Positions 36,224 through 50,253 of a stretch of 64,000 bases of DNA are shown here, in pieces (within the stretch, counting starts at the first letter, position 1; every line of letters begins with the position of its first letter). This DNA comes from Chrysemys picta bellii (lineage: Eukaryota): contig NC_088791.1 in NCBI RefSeq assembly GCF_011386835.1, forward strand, positions 243,412,001 to 243,476,000. The letters are read 5' to 3'. The notes below the pieces were generated by a model. That model was not told the origin of the DNA. It searched no databases and was given only the letters and a program-made list of their open reading frames with translations. The translations under genes were made by a program, and so were the position numbers.

Positions 36224-39200
36224 TCTGAAGTTTGTTTTTCCTTGTGAGTGTTGATTTAGGCTTTTCAAAACTGCCTAAAGGAATTGAGTACCCAACTCCT
36301 ATTGAAATTCAGTGAGATTTGGGTGCCTAACTCCCTTAAACTCATTTACAAATCCCAGCCTTAGTTTTGGTAAAACATGTTGGATTAATAACCCTGCAAA
36401 GTGACAACCCAACTACAGAAGCCCTGCTGGCTTCCCTGCATATCCTACCAACGTGGCTTGGCCTGAGTCTGAAGGAAATTCCTCTGCAGGTGAAAGGCTC
36501 CATACCCTCCCTCGCGAGGTAGCCAAATTGTACTGTGTTGGTTTTATATTGTGAAAGCATGTCTACTAGACATTAGGGTGAGACCACCAGTTACAGTCTT
36601 TCCTATGGCATTTTATAAATGTGTAACAACAACTCATTCATATAGGTCTCCTTATACCTCCGCTGAATTCAACCAGGAACCTAGATATGAACCCATATCT
36701 CATTACCAATCCCCTGAGCTGAAAACTGACCTGCAGTTGATACAGTTTCATCAGTCCTGAGGAGCCAGAGATGTCCAGACATGGCATAGTCAAATATACA
36801 ACATACAGGACCAGATAGTCATCTGGTATAAGTTGCCACAGTTCTATTGACATAAGTAGCATTGCATCTATTTATACCAGCTGAGAAGCTAGTGCAGTTT
36901 TTAATTTGCCAAGGGCAATGTTTCTCATGGCACACAGATACAGTTTTCAGTCAATGGGCCTTTTGTTAATACACTTCTAAATATCTTTGTTGCTGTTGTT
37001 AGGATCATACTGGGCCCAATTCTTCTTTCCCATACACTGTCTTTACACCAGTACCTTCAGTGGAGTTAGACCTGGTTTACATTAGTATCCTAGGAGAATC
37101 AGGCATGTCTACCTTGAGAGATAGAGGCACGTCTGCTTTAGGTGATTGTGGAACTCCTCTGCACAGGAGAGCAACATATCAACTGAAGTGTAGACTTTTC
37201 AAATTGTTAGCTGTGCACTTTTGTTCCAGGCAGTTATTTGCGACTAAATTGCCCATTCATTTTGACTCCTACAGAGCCTCTCAGATCTCAAAGGAACAGT
37301 TCAGCTGCACTACACCTCATCATTCCAAGGCTGTAAATTGACCTTCCAGCCCCTGACCCTGAAGTACACTGGTCAGTTTGTTTTTTGAAAGTTAGTGTAA
37401 CGGTTGCTGGGATTAGCTTTACCATGATGTAAGCTCTCAGATTCAACTCACCCTTCTGTCACTATGCATGAAAATTTTTTATCTGTTTGCCTTTAGACTT
37501 AATTATTCAATTCTGAAATGGTTTAAATTGATTTCTCTTTGAAGCAGAGAAGCTCCATCCATGAGAAAAAATTTCATCTATTAATATTTCTACAACTAGC
37601 AATAAAGTATCATACTTTTACTCAGTTGCGAAAGGATTCAGGGCTCATTCTGTCTGTTGTTGGCAGGAGACCTGGAGAGATACAGCTTCCCTTGGTGTTT
37701 CCCCTGCATTCTCTGGCATGTTTCAGGTTTATGATGGGTTTTGATGAAGTTAGTGCTGGCATGGCTTTCCTGCTGGGGGAATATTTGAGCAGACAGGTTT
37801 GCACATTTCTGAAGGACTACATCAGACTGAAGCAGAGCTTAATATAACGATAGTCTGGGGCGGGGTGTGTGGGTGGGGGGAGGGGAAGGTGGGCAAAGAG
37901 CCAAACTAGGCAATAGATGTCTACCTCTGCGTATCACTTTTTCATGCTCTTGGAATCTTTGGCATCCTTTAAAGCAAATAAAATCCAAGCAAATGTTTGT
38001 CTAACACTGTCTACATCATTTGATATTTCGATAGATTTAGTTAAGCTGTAACCTTCTTTCTGACCCATATTTCTATCTGAAATGGATATTTGTTACTGCC
38101 TACGCCCCAGCAGCTACAATTGAAATGTAAGGGCTGTGCTAAAAGGAATGAGACTTAGTGGTCTGCCCAATTTCTGTCGTACTGGAATGTACACAGTGAA
38201 TTTGCTGAATATTGCAGCCTATGAAATGGAATTTCAAGTTCACCTAATTTTTCTTTAGCGTCTCAGACACCAAAAATGGCATAATGACATGGGATGGTTG
38301 CAGTGTGCCAGGCACTTTTAATTCTAATTTGCAGAATATCTGTTGATGGTGTACTCACTCACTGGCTTTTTACTTTTGAATGTCCATTAGACAGCTCCTT
38401 TTAACATAGGTTCTTTTCTCTAAAGTTTTATTCATACACGTATTTGGTTATTGCAGGAGAATTTTTCCGACTTCCTTATTCGCAGAGAAGTGAACTTTAT
38501 CCTTTTATTCATAAAATACCCAAATGATTAGACAAATTCCTTACTGCTGCCACTATCCTCCCCAGGAGGCTCATCTGCCAAAAGAAGAATTGGAGTCAGC
38601 TGACACATCATTTCACTCCAGATTTATTCAACAACCAGCCGCCCCCACAAAGAAAGTGATCTGCTGATATTACTGTTGGAACAGGAAAAGACTGCTATAT
38701 GTTGTTCATCATTATGGGCTTGATCCTACAAGGCGTTGAACCTTAAATCTGTGAAATTAGTCAGTGGGTCTGACCTATTAACCTTTTTTCACCCTGTACA
38801 GTATCCGGCAACTGGGGCTAGGAAATTAAGTTGAGTCTCTTACTAGCATGCCTGTGTATCAGGTCTTTATTATCACGTTCAGTGTATAAACTGTGTGCTT
38901 TGTGTACGTGAAAACCAGGCCAAAATGCATAGCTAATGTAATTTTGCTGATATTTGATTTTTTTCCCCAAAGCCTCGGTTATGGAGTCATATGATTATAT
39001 AAGAATCTCAGCTTTTTATTTTTAAGTAGGTTTCTAGCCCTCACAATTCTGGTGAAAAGTTTGAAATTGTGAACCCTAAAGGATCAAACTCTAGAAGGCA
39101 AATAAAAAGAAGCCTGTTTTTTTTTTTTAAAATCATGGTTTTTTAGCCAGTTTCTTAGGGTATAACTCTAACGCCCATGCATCTATTTTAATCCTGGAGC

Positions 39201-41688
39201 AAAATTCAGCAGTGTTGCGAAACCTGTAAAATCCTTCTAAGCTCAGAGAGGGTTACACCAGGAATGAATTTGGCCCGCTGACTAAATTAGAATTGCATAA
39301 ATTGTAATTCATTTGAGAATTTTGCCCACAGTCTTTCCTTAGCACATACTAACACATCTTGCCAAATTATGTGGTGGTTTAGTAATGTGAACAAATGTGC
39401 CCTGGAGATTCAATAACCAAGCTCATTATCATTTGTCATGTAAGCCAGGAACTGAATCCAGGTCTCCAGTGGTGAATGACCAGTGTGTTAACCCAACCTC
39501 ATGCAGCTAATATCAGAAAGAATATGTTCATGGTAAACTCCACATGGTGAACAAAAGATGCCCAAAGTAATACCCAGAGAAGGTGTATCAACAATCCTTC
39601 CTATTCCATAGATTCCATTATCTGGGGTAACACAAGTGAGATTTACAAGTTTGTTAATGTTTTGAGTAAAGATATATATGGAAATTGCAATTGTTTTTTC
39701 TTCTGCAAACTTTACACTGTGCTATGTAGCTATTTTGCTTACTTTACAGTTGATTTTTACAGCATAGGATGCTGTATCTGCTGTCTCATTGATTTTCAAT
39801 GAGATGTGGTCCCTGAAGTAATTGAGTCACTTTTGAAAATAGGACATAGGCTCCTAAGTTTCTAAGGTGTTTTTGAAAATTTTACCTGAGACCTCTAATC
39901 TATCTTGTGCTCCCAGGCAGCTTCCTTCAGTTTCCGCTGGACACTGTATAGAGTCAATCAGCTTGTTAAACTATGATATTAGCAATAGTTCTCATCTTTG
40001 TAGATCTGTGTGCTGAATGTATGTTATTGCTGGCTTTAAACATTTTCATTCATAAGCAATCCTAGCTGCATATAGGGTTTGTTTGTTTGTATTCAGGATT
40101 AAACTCCAGACCAACTGCTCAATTTACAAAAGCAAGTTACTTTAATTTATGTAGATAATGCACACACATAGTCTTTATTGCTGTGCAAATGATGGGAGTT
40201 CAGAGAAGAAGATGGTGCCACTAGTCATTTGCTCCAACAAGGTTAATGCAGGCAAACATGGAAAGGAATATCTTAAATTGCTATTGCCTTTTATGTAGAA
40301 TCTGGTTCAGGATAAATGTGCTTGATCTCCTTTAAGCAGCATTGTCCTGTCTCCTCCTCTGGACATCATTAACACAGATTAATTGTTTTCAAGAGTTTAA
40401 TCTGCAGGAACTTTCCAATGTAATCAGCACGTTTCAAGTTCTGCTGAAAATAACTTGTCTGAAAAAAATATTTTCAAACTAGCACTTTTTATTTTAACAT
40501 GAATTCATTTAATGTGTGAATTAACAATAGAATCAGTCAAAATAAAAATATAACTACAAAATAGCTTCTTCAGCACAATTTTTGTAAGGTTTGTTTTTTT
40601 TCAATTTGATTTCATACGAAAAATAAGAGTTTTTCAACTCTAAAACCCTTCCTTTCCTGTTATCTACTTATGTAAAATTAACCTAATCTGGTAATTTATT
40701 ACAAAACTGCATCAACTGACTGGTCTTCTTGTATAGCCTATATTTAGTAGTTAATATTATCAGTAAATTCTTGGTCTGCCTACAACATGCTCAGTGCTAT
40801 AGAAATATCCAAGGAGACATGGTCCAACACTTCATTCTTGATTTGTTTATGTTTACCCTACAGTGGCTTATATTTTTTGGTTTTATCTGCTGCTAGGTAC
40901 TTGCACTTGAGTAATTGTCATATTCTTAATAGCTGGCACAGTGAACCCCACGATTAGAACGTATCCATCTTTTCCGAGCATGCGCACCCTTTTTCTAGCA
41001 AACTCATCCTCTGATAATACTTCTATGGAGCTGAAATAGCTCCTTTCAAGACAGGATGTAGGCAACTCCCTGGATGAGAATTTAGTATGCCTGGGAAAGG
41101 AGAGAGGGAGGTGGTGGAAGGAAAGGACTACGGTAATATGGATATTAGCTTCCCTTCCTTCCCCACTGAGATTGACTAAACTAGCTCCCAATTGCACAAG
41201 CTAGGGAGCCTGAGTCTGCTCTTAACTTAGAGCTGCCAGTTGATATCACACTGAGTTGGTTCTTTCTCAGGCCTGCAGCTATTTCACAGTTTTCATTCCT
41301 GAAATATTACCAACTCAGATAGGTGTTTCACAGCTTACTGTAGCAGCTCTGCAAAGGAGGGTGGCACTGAAGGAGGCCCCTTGAGCACAGACCACATTAC
41401 ATTGACTCTTTACTATAGTTTCACAGTATCTACATATGTACCTATGTTCATAAGATGCACACTGAGACTGGAAGACATATGTAACTGTGAATAACTATTT
41501 TGAGGCATTCTGGTGGCATCACACAAAAAAACCCCATAACAGCGAAAGCAAAGCTTGAGTGGTTTTGATGTCCCCAAAATATAAGCTGTATTTATAATCT
41601 TGTTCATAGTATCTTTAAAGTGTATAGAGCTTGAAATTTACCTCTCCCACGCTTAACCCAAGTAATGAAGCTTTGTGCGAGACACTAA

Positions 41689-41762
41689 GGGCCAGATTTT
41701 TAAAGGTATTCAGGTATCTATCTGCATCTTTAGGCACCTAAATCCCTTTAAAAATCTGCCCC
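41689..41762. mobile_element. Short fold-back MITE (GGGCCAGATTTTTAAAGG...CCTTTAAAAATCTGCCCC)
   Basis: About 18-bp imperfect TIR, flanked by TAA and CAA. Confidence 0.55.
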
Positions 41763-42411
41763 CAAAGCCTGATACTTCAGGCTTTACCCCCACATAAAGA
41801 CTGGTGCAAATTCAGGGGCTGGAGGAAAGGCAGACTGAATGGGGATGAAGTGTAATGAAATTTACCCACCAATTTTCACACCTTCTGTGCAAGGTGTTAG
41901 GTTCCCTTCCATGAATGACTGTGTAGTAAATTAAAGAGATGGGTGATAAAGTGCATTCATCCAGGCACTTACGATCCTTTCAACAGCATTCTCCACGCTA
42001 CTCTATGGACTGATCTACTCTGTGCACCAATATAAATAAACCCTGCAACATACTAGTGTGGACACTCTGAGTTCAAATTAAGAGTCCCCTATTCTGATTT
42101 TGCTTAAACTGATTATTTACTGATTTAAGAAAAATCAAAACAGCGCACTCTTAATCCAAATAAGTGTGTCTACACCAGGGGGTTGCACCAGTTTAGCTAC
42201 ATTAAGTTAAATGAGTGTTCAGTGTAGTGAAGGCCTATATCTGCCCGGATTTTGTTTAATATTCCAAACATCTAAGTCCTCTGGCTGTTTGGTGTCTGGC
42301 AGTATTTCCAAAGCCTATAATTAGAGCTTTGCGAATCCACAGATAGCCGGTTTAGAGCCATGGATCATTTTTGTGGATTGTGAATCGGATGTGGATACAA
42401 ATATCCAGATA

Positions 42412-42600
42412 GGGAGGGATAGCTCAGTGGTTTGAGCATTCGCCTGCTAAACCCAGGGTTGTGAGTTCAATCCTTGAGGGGGCCACTTAGGGATCTGGGG
42501 CAAAATCAGTACTTGGTCCTGCTAGTGAAGGCAGGAGGCTGGACTCAATGACCTTTCAGGGTCCCTTCCAGTTCTATAAGATAGGTATATCTCCATATAT
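42412..42600 (+). mobile_element. Tortoise-type tRNA-derived SINE, full length
   Basis: GGGAGGGATAGCTCAGTGGTTTGAGCA (A box), GAGTTCAATCC (B box), then a CR1-like tail GACCTTTCAGGGTCCCTTCCAGTTCTAT. Confidence 0.92.
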
Positions 42601-42611
42601 TATATTATATC

Positions 42612-42723
42612 TAGAGCCCTGCAAATCTGCAGATATCAGCTTTGAATCCGTGGATGCAGATATCCGTGGATCATTTTTGCGGATTGGATATGGATACAAA
42701 TTTTGTATCCATGCGGGGCTCTA
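42612..42723. mobile_element. Short hAT-like MITE (TAGAGCCCTGC...GCGGGGCTCTA)
   Basis: About 11-bp imperfect TIR. A partial copy of its interior lies at 42353-42410. No TSD recognised. Confidence 0.55.
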
Positions 42724-45700
42724 CCTATAAGTGTGAGAGAATGGGTGGGAGATAGAGCATGGGGAGGGGATAGATTGATGAGATAAATTAGAAAAGCAAA
42801 ATATGGTCCTGAGAGAAATATAGGGGAGGAGATGAGGGAGAGGAAATGGGGCGGAAGGGAAGGGAAGAGGTTCTAGGAGAGCTAAGGAGTGGAAGAACAG
42901 AGTAAAAACAGAGAAAACAGCAGGTGAAGACAATGCAGGAAAAGAGGTGTCATTCTTTATTATAGGATGGGAAAATGTGGAATAAATCAGGAAAGGAAAG
43001 AAGAAGTTATAAATATAGTACACAATAAAGGGTTCACAATGTTTCCTTTAAATTATAGAAACATAATTTTAAGCCTTGGGGAGGGGGCATGACAGTGTGT
43101 ATTTTTCCATCCTGCTTAGTAGATTTAATCATTGGGCTAGTAGGTGTGGAGTAAATTTTTCAGTTCTTGAGGAGAGCCATTTAGTTGTGCACCTAGAGAT
43201 TCTTTCTGGCATTCAATGAATGAATTATTAAATCATGATGGCGGCAAGAAATATTAGTTGCAGAATTAATTCAGAAGATGTGCACTGGTATTATTCTGTT
43301 CCGTTGTTCAGCCTTTTTCTATTGCTGAGGTGCACGTTTAGTTCTGATTACAAAGCAAGTTTTCATTTGTTTTTCAGTAGTGAAAGTGATTGCTGGGAAA
43401 ACATCTGTTTATTCTACCAATTTAGAGACTTATTGTTTTAAATCTGCCCAGAAAGCCTAGGCATCCAGTTATGACAGTTTCAATTATTTTGCAGCATACA
43501 GCAGTTAACAAAGCATTCTCAACGGAAACATTTCCCATGAGACAATGGTTTTTTTAAAGTATTATCATGTGTAATGCAGCATGGAGTCATCATTGTAGGA
43601 GCCACAGACCGTAGGACCTGTAAATCAGTGCAAATCAGGAGTAATTTCATTACATTCAGTAGAGTGGCTCCTGATTTACGTCGGTGTCAGTGAAGTCAGA
43701 ATCAGGCCATGAGCAATGGTGAGGACTTTCTGTCCTGTGAACACTGAGTGCAATATTCTAAAATACCACAGGCATTTGTAACAGAGGGATTGCAAGGCTA
43801 GCATTCTATTAGTAGCAAATATGGGTGAAATAGTTTCCCCCATGAAGTTCATAATTGCAGAGCAAATTTTGATGAATTTTTCCTTTTTTGAGAAATAAGG
43901 ATGCAATTCTCAGTTTCTCTAGGGCATCTCTATTTATATCCATAGGGTGGCACAGGTGTAATTAGAGGCAGAATTGCACCCAGTGTCCAGTAGTTCCTGA
44001 CGTTTTGGAGGAAGGCCTGAGCAATCTCACAAAAGCTTGAGTCTGAGGCCAAAAGCCTGACGTTAGCAGGTAAGACTCAGGAGTCGGGGAGCTGGGCAGG
44101 AGCCAAGGATGGCAGAGGAGCAGCCAGGTGGGGAGGAGGAAGGGATGTGACGGTCAGCCAGAGTCATGCTTCCCTCCAACATCTCTGGACTCCAGGTACA
44201 GCTGACTGGGTTGCTTCCCCAGCCACATGGTGGGCAGCTCTGCTGGGACAGAGTTGGTTTCCAAGAGCCAGTGAGCTCTCTTCAGTGAGCGAGACTTTCA
44301 CTACTTTCTGGACACCGGTGATGTCAGTGGACACTACTACTTCAGTCTGAACTATGGACAGTCATTCCTTCCCACTATATATTGCAGCTGCTGCTGTTTA
44401 TTTTATTCATTTTGTGGTAGCTCCCAAAGGCACCAGTCTGGTCAGGACTTCACTGTGCTAGACCCCTTGGTGGGGTTTTTGAGTGCTACTGCAATAGAAA
44501 TAATAATGCTGATGATAATGAAATGGTGCGGAGCTTGAAACCTAAGTCACCTTCAGACTTACATAAAATTTGTTTTAATCATTCACAGAGTTCTGAGAGA
44601 GAGTATCATTTAAATTCAGTGTTCAAGAAACTTTTAGGATTGGATGCAGGTGATGAAGTTTTTGGTATTATTATGCAAAGAGATAGTGCTGTCAAAGTAT
44701 TACCTGCAACGGCACCAACGATTCTTGTAATATGAGGAGTGAAAGTGATAAAAGATCCTTAAGGCATAACTTTGACCTAGGTACTGTAACAACTTTTCTC
44801 TCCCCTACAGGGTTTAAGTGAAATGATATAAAAGCCTCATTTGCGTTATGGATGCTTGTATCTTTCTTGATGTTTTCCTTGTCTTTTCTAACTACTCTTG
44901 CTTTATAATATCAAAATGATGGTGGGGTTTGTTCCAGCTGAAGTAAGGGAAAAGCTGAACTGTTCTGAATGGGAGCCTTCATCAGTAGAGGGCTCTCCTG
45001 CTTTAGAGGGGAAGACAGTTTGAAATGTAAGAGTGTGAGTCACTCTTTGACCTCTTCAGTATTCAGAGCTTGTTGGAGGTTCAGGTCAATGCTGTCTCCT
45101 CAACCTGCTGAACACTTATCAAAGGCTGAGCTGATTAAATACCTTCTGGCAGTAGGCAGACTAAGATGTGTGTACAAGAAGGTGCCAGTCTCTGCTGTCA
45201 TCAGGATTTAGACTTTAAAGTGGTTCTTAATCGTCTTTGTGAAGAGCATGGGTGTCAGTAAATTGTAGCTAATGAGTCATTGTGTGTGATGGATCTGGAT
45301 GAAAAAATAAAACAGTCAGGTGCTGGAAATACCACTGCATTAAAAAAAAAAAAAAAAACCTAGTCTCCTAAAATGTATACGTCTCTTGCAGTTTTTGACC
45401 AAAAAATTTAGTTTTCCCATAAATAGAATTGTATTGAAACTCAGTGCTTTTTTTAAAATTAGTTCTTGCATGTTTAATGGATTGCAAATATTTATATATG
45501 TTCTAATATTCCTAGAGTATTTCTGGCAACTGGAAAAAAAATCATCTCTACTGAATTCCTGGCACGAATGTTGTCTTGCTCATATTTTTAGATGATGTAG
45601 CTAGCCATAGGCATGGGGGATAGATTTGACGTGATATTCTTGTTGTTTGAAAAGTCCTGAATCAGTGAAGGTGCTGTAGGGCTATTCACATGATGAGTAT

Positions 45701-45907
45701 GTCAATGAGCAACTTCTTTCACACTGGTATTTTGAGCCAAGAAAACTTCAACTCTTCAGCTAGTGAGAAAAAATTGTGTTGAGATGCTAAAGCCTGTCCA
45801 AGTGCAGAAAGAGCTGCTGCTATTTTTATGTAGCTGGATTTGTGTGGGCTGTTTGGATGAGCACACTGCAGATAAGTAAGATACAGTTGCAAATATTATC
45901 CAGCATC

Positions 45908-47400
45908 CTTACCTTAGACCTCAGTTCCTCAGTTCCTCCATTGATTATGGTTGCTTGCTAGTTTATGATACTTCTTTCCATGTGACACCAGCACATTCAG
46001 TGTCCTCTGTTACTGTCTTCTGCCAGTTCTTCCTTGGCCTTCCTTGCCTTCTCTTTCCTTCCTCGGGTACCCAATTCAATGCTTGCTTAGCATGTCTCCT
46101 ATCTTACACAGCGTTTACATATCTCCACCACCTGAGCCTTCTTTCTTTTATGGTGTTTTCTAACATGCCCTGCTCTGTGAGCTCCCTTACTCTCACATTT
46201 GTTATTTTGTCTTTCCATTAAATTTGTAGTAACTTCCTTAGCAATCTGTGGCAGCCTCTGTCATCAGGAAAGTCTCCATGCCATATAGTAGCATACTCAG
46301 GACAATCACATGGTATCTAACCTTGAATTGGGTGCGGAGACCTCTGTTTGACCAGATGTTGTCCATTCTTCCAAAAGTGGTGTTTGCTTTGCCTAATCTC
46401 ATCTGTATATCTTTATTACAGCCACCTTCAATTGTCATCACAGTCCCTAGATAGCAGAACTCTTCTACCTGTTTGATATCTTTTTCATCTACAGTCACCT
46501 TTGCATCTCTTGTCCAGTTTCCTACCTTTGCTTCCAATCCGATTTTTGCTGCTTCCTGTTCTAGCTCTGATGTGAGTACAATCATTCTGTTCCAGGTCAT
46601 ACTTAGCAAAGCAATGTCATTGGCAAAGTCAAGGGTCATGTAACTCATCTCCCATTTTACACCATTCACAATGCCTTTTTGTGTCTGCTTCATTACCCAG
46701 CCTATTGCTAATGCAAAGAACGTTGGTGATAACACGCACCCTTGTCTAACACCAGTCACAATATCAAGCCCCTCACCTAGGCCTTTATTACTGTGCCCCT
46801 ACTTCTATCATATAAACTCCATTATGTTAATTAGCTTGTCTGGTATCCCATAGCTTCTAGCAGTATTCCACAAGGTATCTCTACAGACACTATCAAGCAC
46901 TTTCTTAAAATCAGTAAAGTTGATTAAGGTGGGTTTTTGACAAACAGTGAATTTTGATGATCTGTCAAAGAGTGAATATCCGGTCACGACTTGATCTACC
47001 TGCATGGAACCCAGCCAGTTCTTATGGAGTATTTCATCCACTGCTTTCTTTATTTTATTCAGCATAACAGCAGCCACTGCTGTGCTTGGGATTGATAGAA
47101 ATACAATACCTCCCCAATCTGTGCACTGAGTAAGATCACCCTTTGTTGGCAATGCCACGATGATACCATCTTTCCAGTCTTGTGCCACTTGTTCTTTCAC
47201 CCACATTTTGTTACAGAGTTTTGTTAGTTACTCAGTCAGAATTTTGCCTCCTGCTTTTAGAACCCCTGCTTGAATTCTTTCAACTCCAAGGGTTTTGATA
47301 GCTGCTTTTACTTCATTGAGTGTTATTGGTTCCTCTTCCATTTCTAACTTAGCACAGGTATTTCTCTCAAACCTGTGTATGTGCTGGACAGTTTAATATG
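45908..47400 (-). mobile_element. RTE-clade LINE fragment (RT domain + 3' end)
   Basis: Minus-strand WKDGIIVALPTKGDLTQCTDWGGI, INFTDFKKVLDSV...YGIPDKLINI, TGVRQGCVLSPTFF, LDFANDIALL, EEFCYLG. Short-repeat tail near 45908-45935. Confidence 0.9.
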
Positions 47401-50165
47401 GAATGAAAATGTCCTTTCCTTCATCTGACATGTTCTTAATGCGTATTCAACATCTGTCCATTAGAGTCCCTGATGGGCATCACCTGTGCCTGACTGAGAA
47501 ATCTTTAATTATTTTGTAGAGCTGCTTGAAATCTCCCCTCTGTGCCAGTGTTATGGGAATTAATTCACCGATTGAAGTTTTGCAACAAAACTACAGAATA
47601 AACAAGTTATTTAGCTCCACACTGGATGCAGCTTATTTGCTGTATTTATCAGGCACTCTGACAACTTCAACTGGGACATGGTTTAGCTAATCTGTTCTTT
47701 ATGAAATCATTAATACCACTTTGTAAAGAACCTAGAGGGGACATTTTTAAAGCTGCCTTATGAAAACTTTGGGCAAGAAGACAGCAAAACATTTTTCCGT
47801 TTTATACTGCAAAGCTGTGTTTGTACCATGATCATGTGATGTGAACAAGATAATACAAAAAGAGAGGTACCTTCTGGGTACTATAATAATTTATGATAAA
47901 GCACATGATAAAAGCAGGGTAATGAAAGCATAAGGTGCCTTATGTGTAAAATAACAGGTTTTGAATATTTAGTTAATGAGCCATTTTGACTGGCTGAGCA
48001 TTATCGGGTTCATTGCAGGGTATTTTTTGAGGAGCTAAAGGGTTGTTGGACGAGAACATGTTACTATTTTAAATAAATGGGAGCCAACAAGATATATTAA
48101 TTTCAACATCCAAATTCCTCCCCAAAAGCTTTAATTTAGTTAAAGTTGTTCGAAAGCATGTCCTATCAATATCTTTACCAGCCACAATTCACAAGCCTCA
48201 TCTACACACACTTGTAGACTCGTCAGCTCCACAGAGAATTCCTTTTCAATTCCAACATATAAATACAGTTCTCATAATTACACTCACATGACATTAATTG
48301 ACCTCTGGAAGATGCAGACTTTTTACTAACCAATCTACTTTTACTTTTAAAGTGTAATATGATGATGGTGTGGGAAAGCACATGAATTAAGGTTGATGAG
48401 GATGTTCATGTTGCCTGAACTGGTGACTGCATTGATAAAACGCATTTGAGCATCTTTTACTTGGTTAAAAAATTGGGGGGGGGGGATTTTCCTCTCTCCT
48501 GTCCCTCATAACATGCTTTTGTTATGTTATGACAAAACATAACAGTCTTTTGTTCTCTGTAGTTTACTTCTTTATCCCTTATATTCCTACATTCACCAGT
48601 CTACACCCTTCTTCCTATCACCACTTCCACACCTCTCCTTCCAGCCCACAGGTTACTAAAGTCTCCTTGCCCCAGTGATTCCTTTCACCCTTCTTTCATT
48701 CCTTCACTCCGCTCCCTTGACTGCCTCAATATTTTGCTTTGCTTCCTCTTTCCTGTTCACCATTCCACTTTTATATCTTGATATCAACATGTTGAGATCA
48801 TGAAATGTTTTTATCAACATTTAAAATGGAACAAGATGGAGGCAGGCAGGGGGAAATGACTAAGGAAGCCACTGTAGGTAGTGGGACTGCAGAGGCAGGC
48901 TTGTTAACAGTGCTATCCACTAACTCCATGGCTTTGCTGCCCACCCTTCCGCAACCCTGCTGGTTAGCCCACAAATGTATGCCTCCACCTAGCCTTCCAG
49001 GGTCCAGCTAAGGTCAATCAGCAGGGTCATTGTCCAACAATCCTAGTAAGGTTGGTCAGAGTGAGCTTTATCTGATGAGCTGAGCTATACGAGGCTAGAC
49101 AGATGGAGAACATGCTTCCTATGTATTGGAGTGACAGACTCCATTCGTTAGGCAACTTTGTCTCCATGTCCCCTGTTAAAGGTCTGAGACATAGCGGAAA
49201 GGGATGCCTTGCCATGAAAGTCACCTGACACGTAGCAAGCCGCATAGAGAAACGGCTAGAGCACCAGGGAGGTAGGATGTATAAAGGCTGGGGTGCCAGG
49301 CTAGGCAGCAGAGGTACAAAGACAACACTGACAAATTGAAGTTGTCCTAAAAGATCCCATGCTCCATCAGCTTCCATGAGAAAAACAAATGAAACAGTGA
49401 TAACAAAGATGCATCTCACGGGCTGCTTTTTAAATATTTTTCTCCACAAAAATGCTCTCTTGTTGTGCCCTGCACCATATAGCATTGTGTAAAAATTCCA
49501 ACTTCATTAATGCTGCCATTGTGAAGTTGAAGGAGTCAAAAAAAAACTGTAAAAATTTCAGAGCAGAATGCTTTTTTAATTTCTTTCAATGCAAAAAAGA
49601 AAACAAAAAACACGAGCATTGGTTAGATTCTGGTAATGAGCTAGAAAATGCAAGTTGTGCTCCTAATGGAAATGGTGTCCTTTTGGGAATGATCAGTATA
49701 AGATTTCATTTTTATATAAGGGATTTAAACCATGCTTTGAGTGCAGAACACAAGGCAACCTTAAATATAGAGCTGCTAGATTGCCTCTGTAATAGGTTTC
49801 ATTTCAGGCTTTGTTGTAGGTTTTTTTTTATGGAGCCCTGAGGGAATTTCTGTTTGTATTATAGGATGTTCTATTTGCTGTTCTGGTAGGATATATCTAG
49901 TCAACTTTGCCGTCCTTTCTCTCTGAACATGTCATGTAGCACCTTGCAATAAGATTGCCTATTTAATTTATACTGAAAGATTTTTCCATTAGCTTTTCCT
50001 GCATTAATCAGGTGCCAAATCCTGTAATCTTTCTTACTACTTACTTCAGTGGGAGTTTGCCTTTGTGAGAGGGTTAAGGCTTCATATTTAGTGTAGTGGG
50101 ATCTCAAAGCCACGTTACATGCTTGTTTATAGAGTATTGCAGCTATTGGTTGAGATCCGCTCTTT

Positions 50166-50253
50166 AGACCAAATTCTGCTCTAAGATATGTCTACAAACC
50201 CCATTAATTTCAAAAGGAGTTGCACATAGATAGTAGAGGGTAGAATTTGGTCC
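50166..50253. mobile_element. Short fold-back MITE (AGACCAAATTCT...AGAATTTGGTCC)
   Basis: Terminal inverted repeat visible and followed by TTA. A related element lies at 50454-50540 (GGGCCAAATT...AATTTGACCC). Confidence 0.5.

Noticed and set aside
42412-42485. tRNA-like sequence with A and B boxes
   Set aside because: It continues directly into a CR1-like tail and has two more copies in the window, so it is a SINE head, not a tRNA gene.
42730-43010. Purine-rich tract (and a pyrimidine-rich tract at ~48590-48780) as possible triplex DNA
   Set aside because: Both lack clear mirror symmetry and look like ordinary low-complexity sequence.
49072-49095. CTGATGAG resembling a second hammerhead core or a snoRNA C box
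   Set aside because: No GAAA box follows (CGAGGC instead), there is no convincing stem II, and no paired D box or terminal stem was seen.
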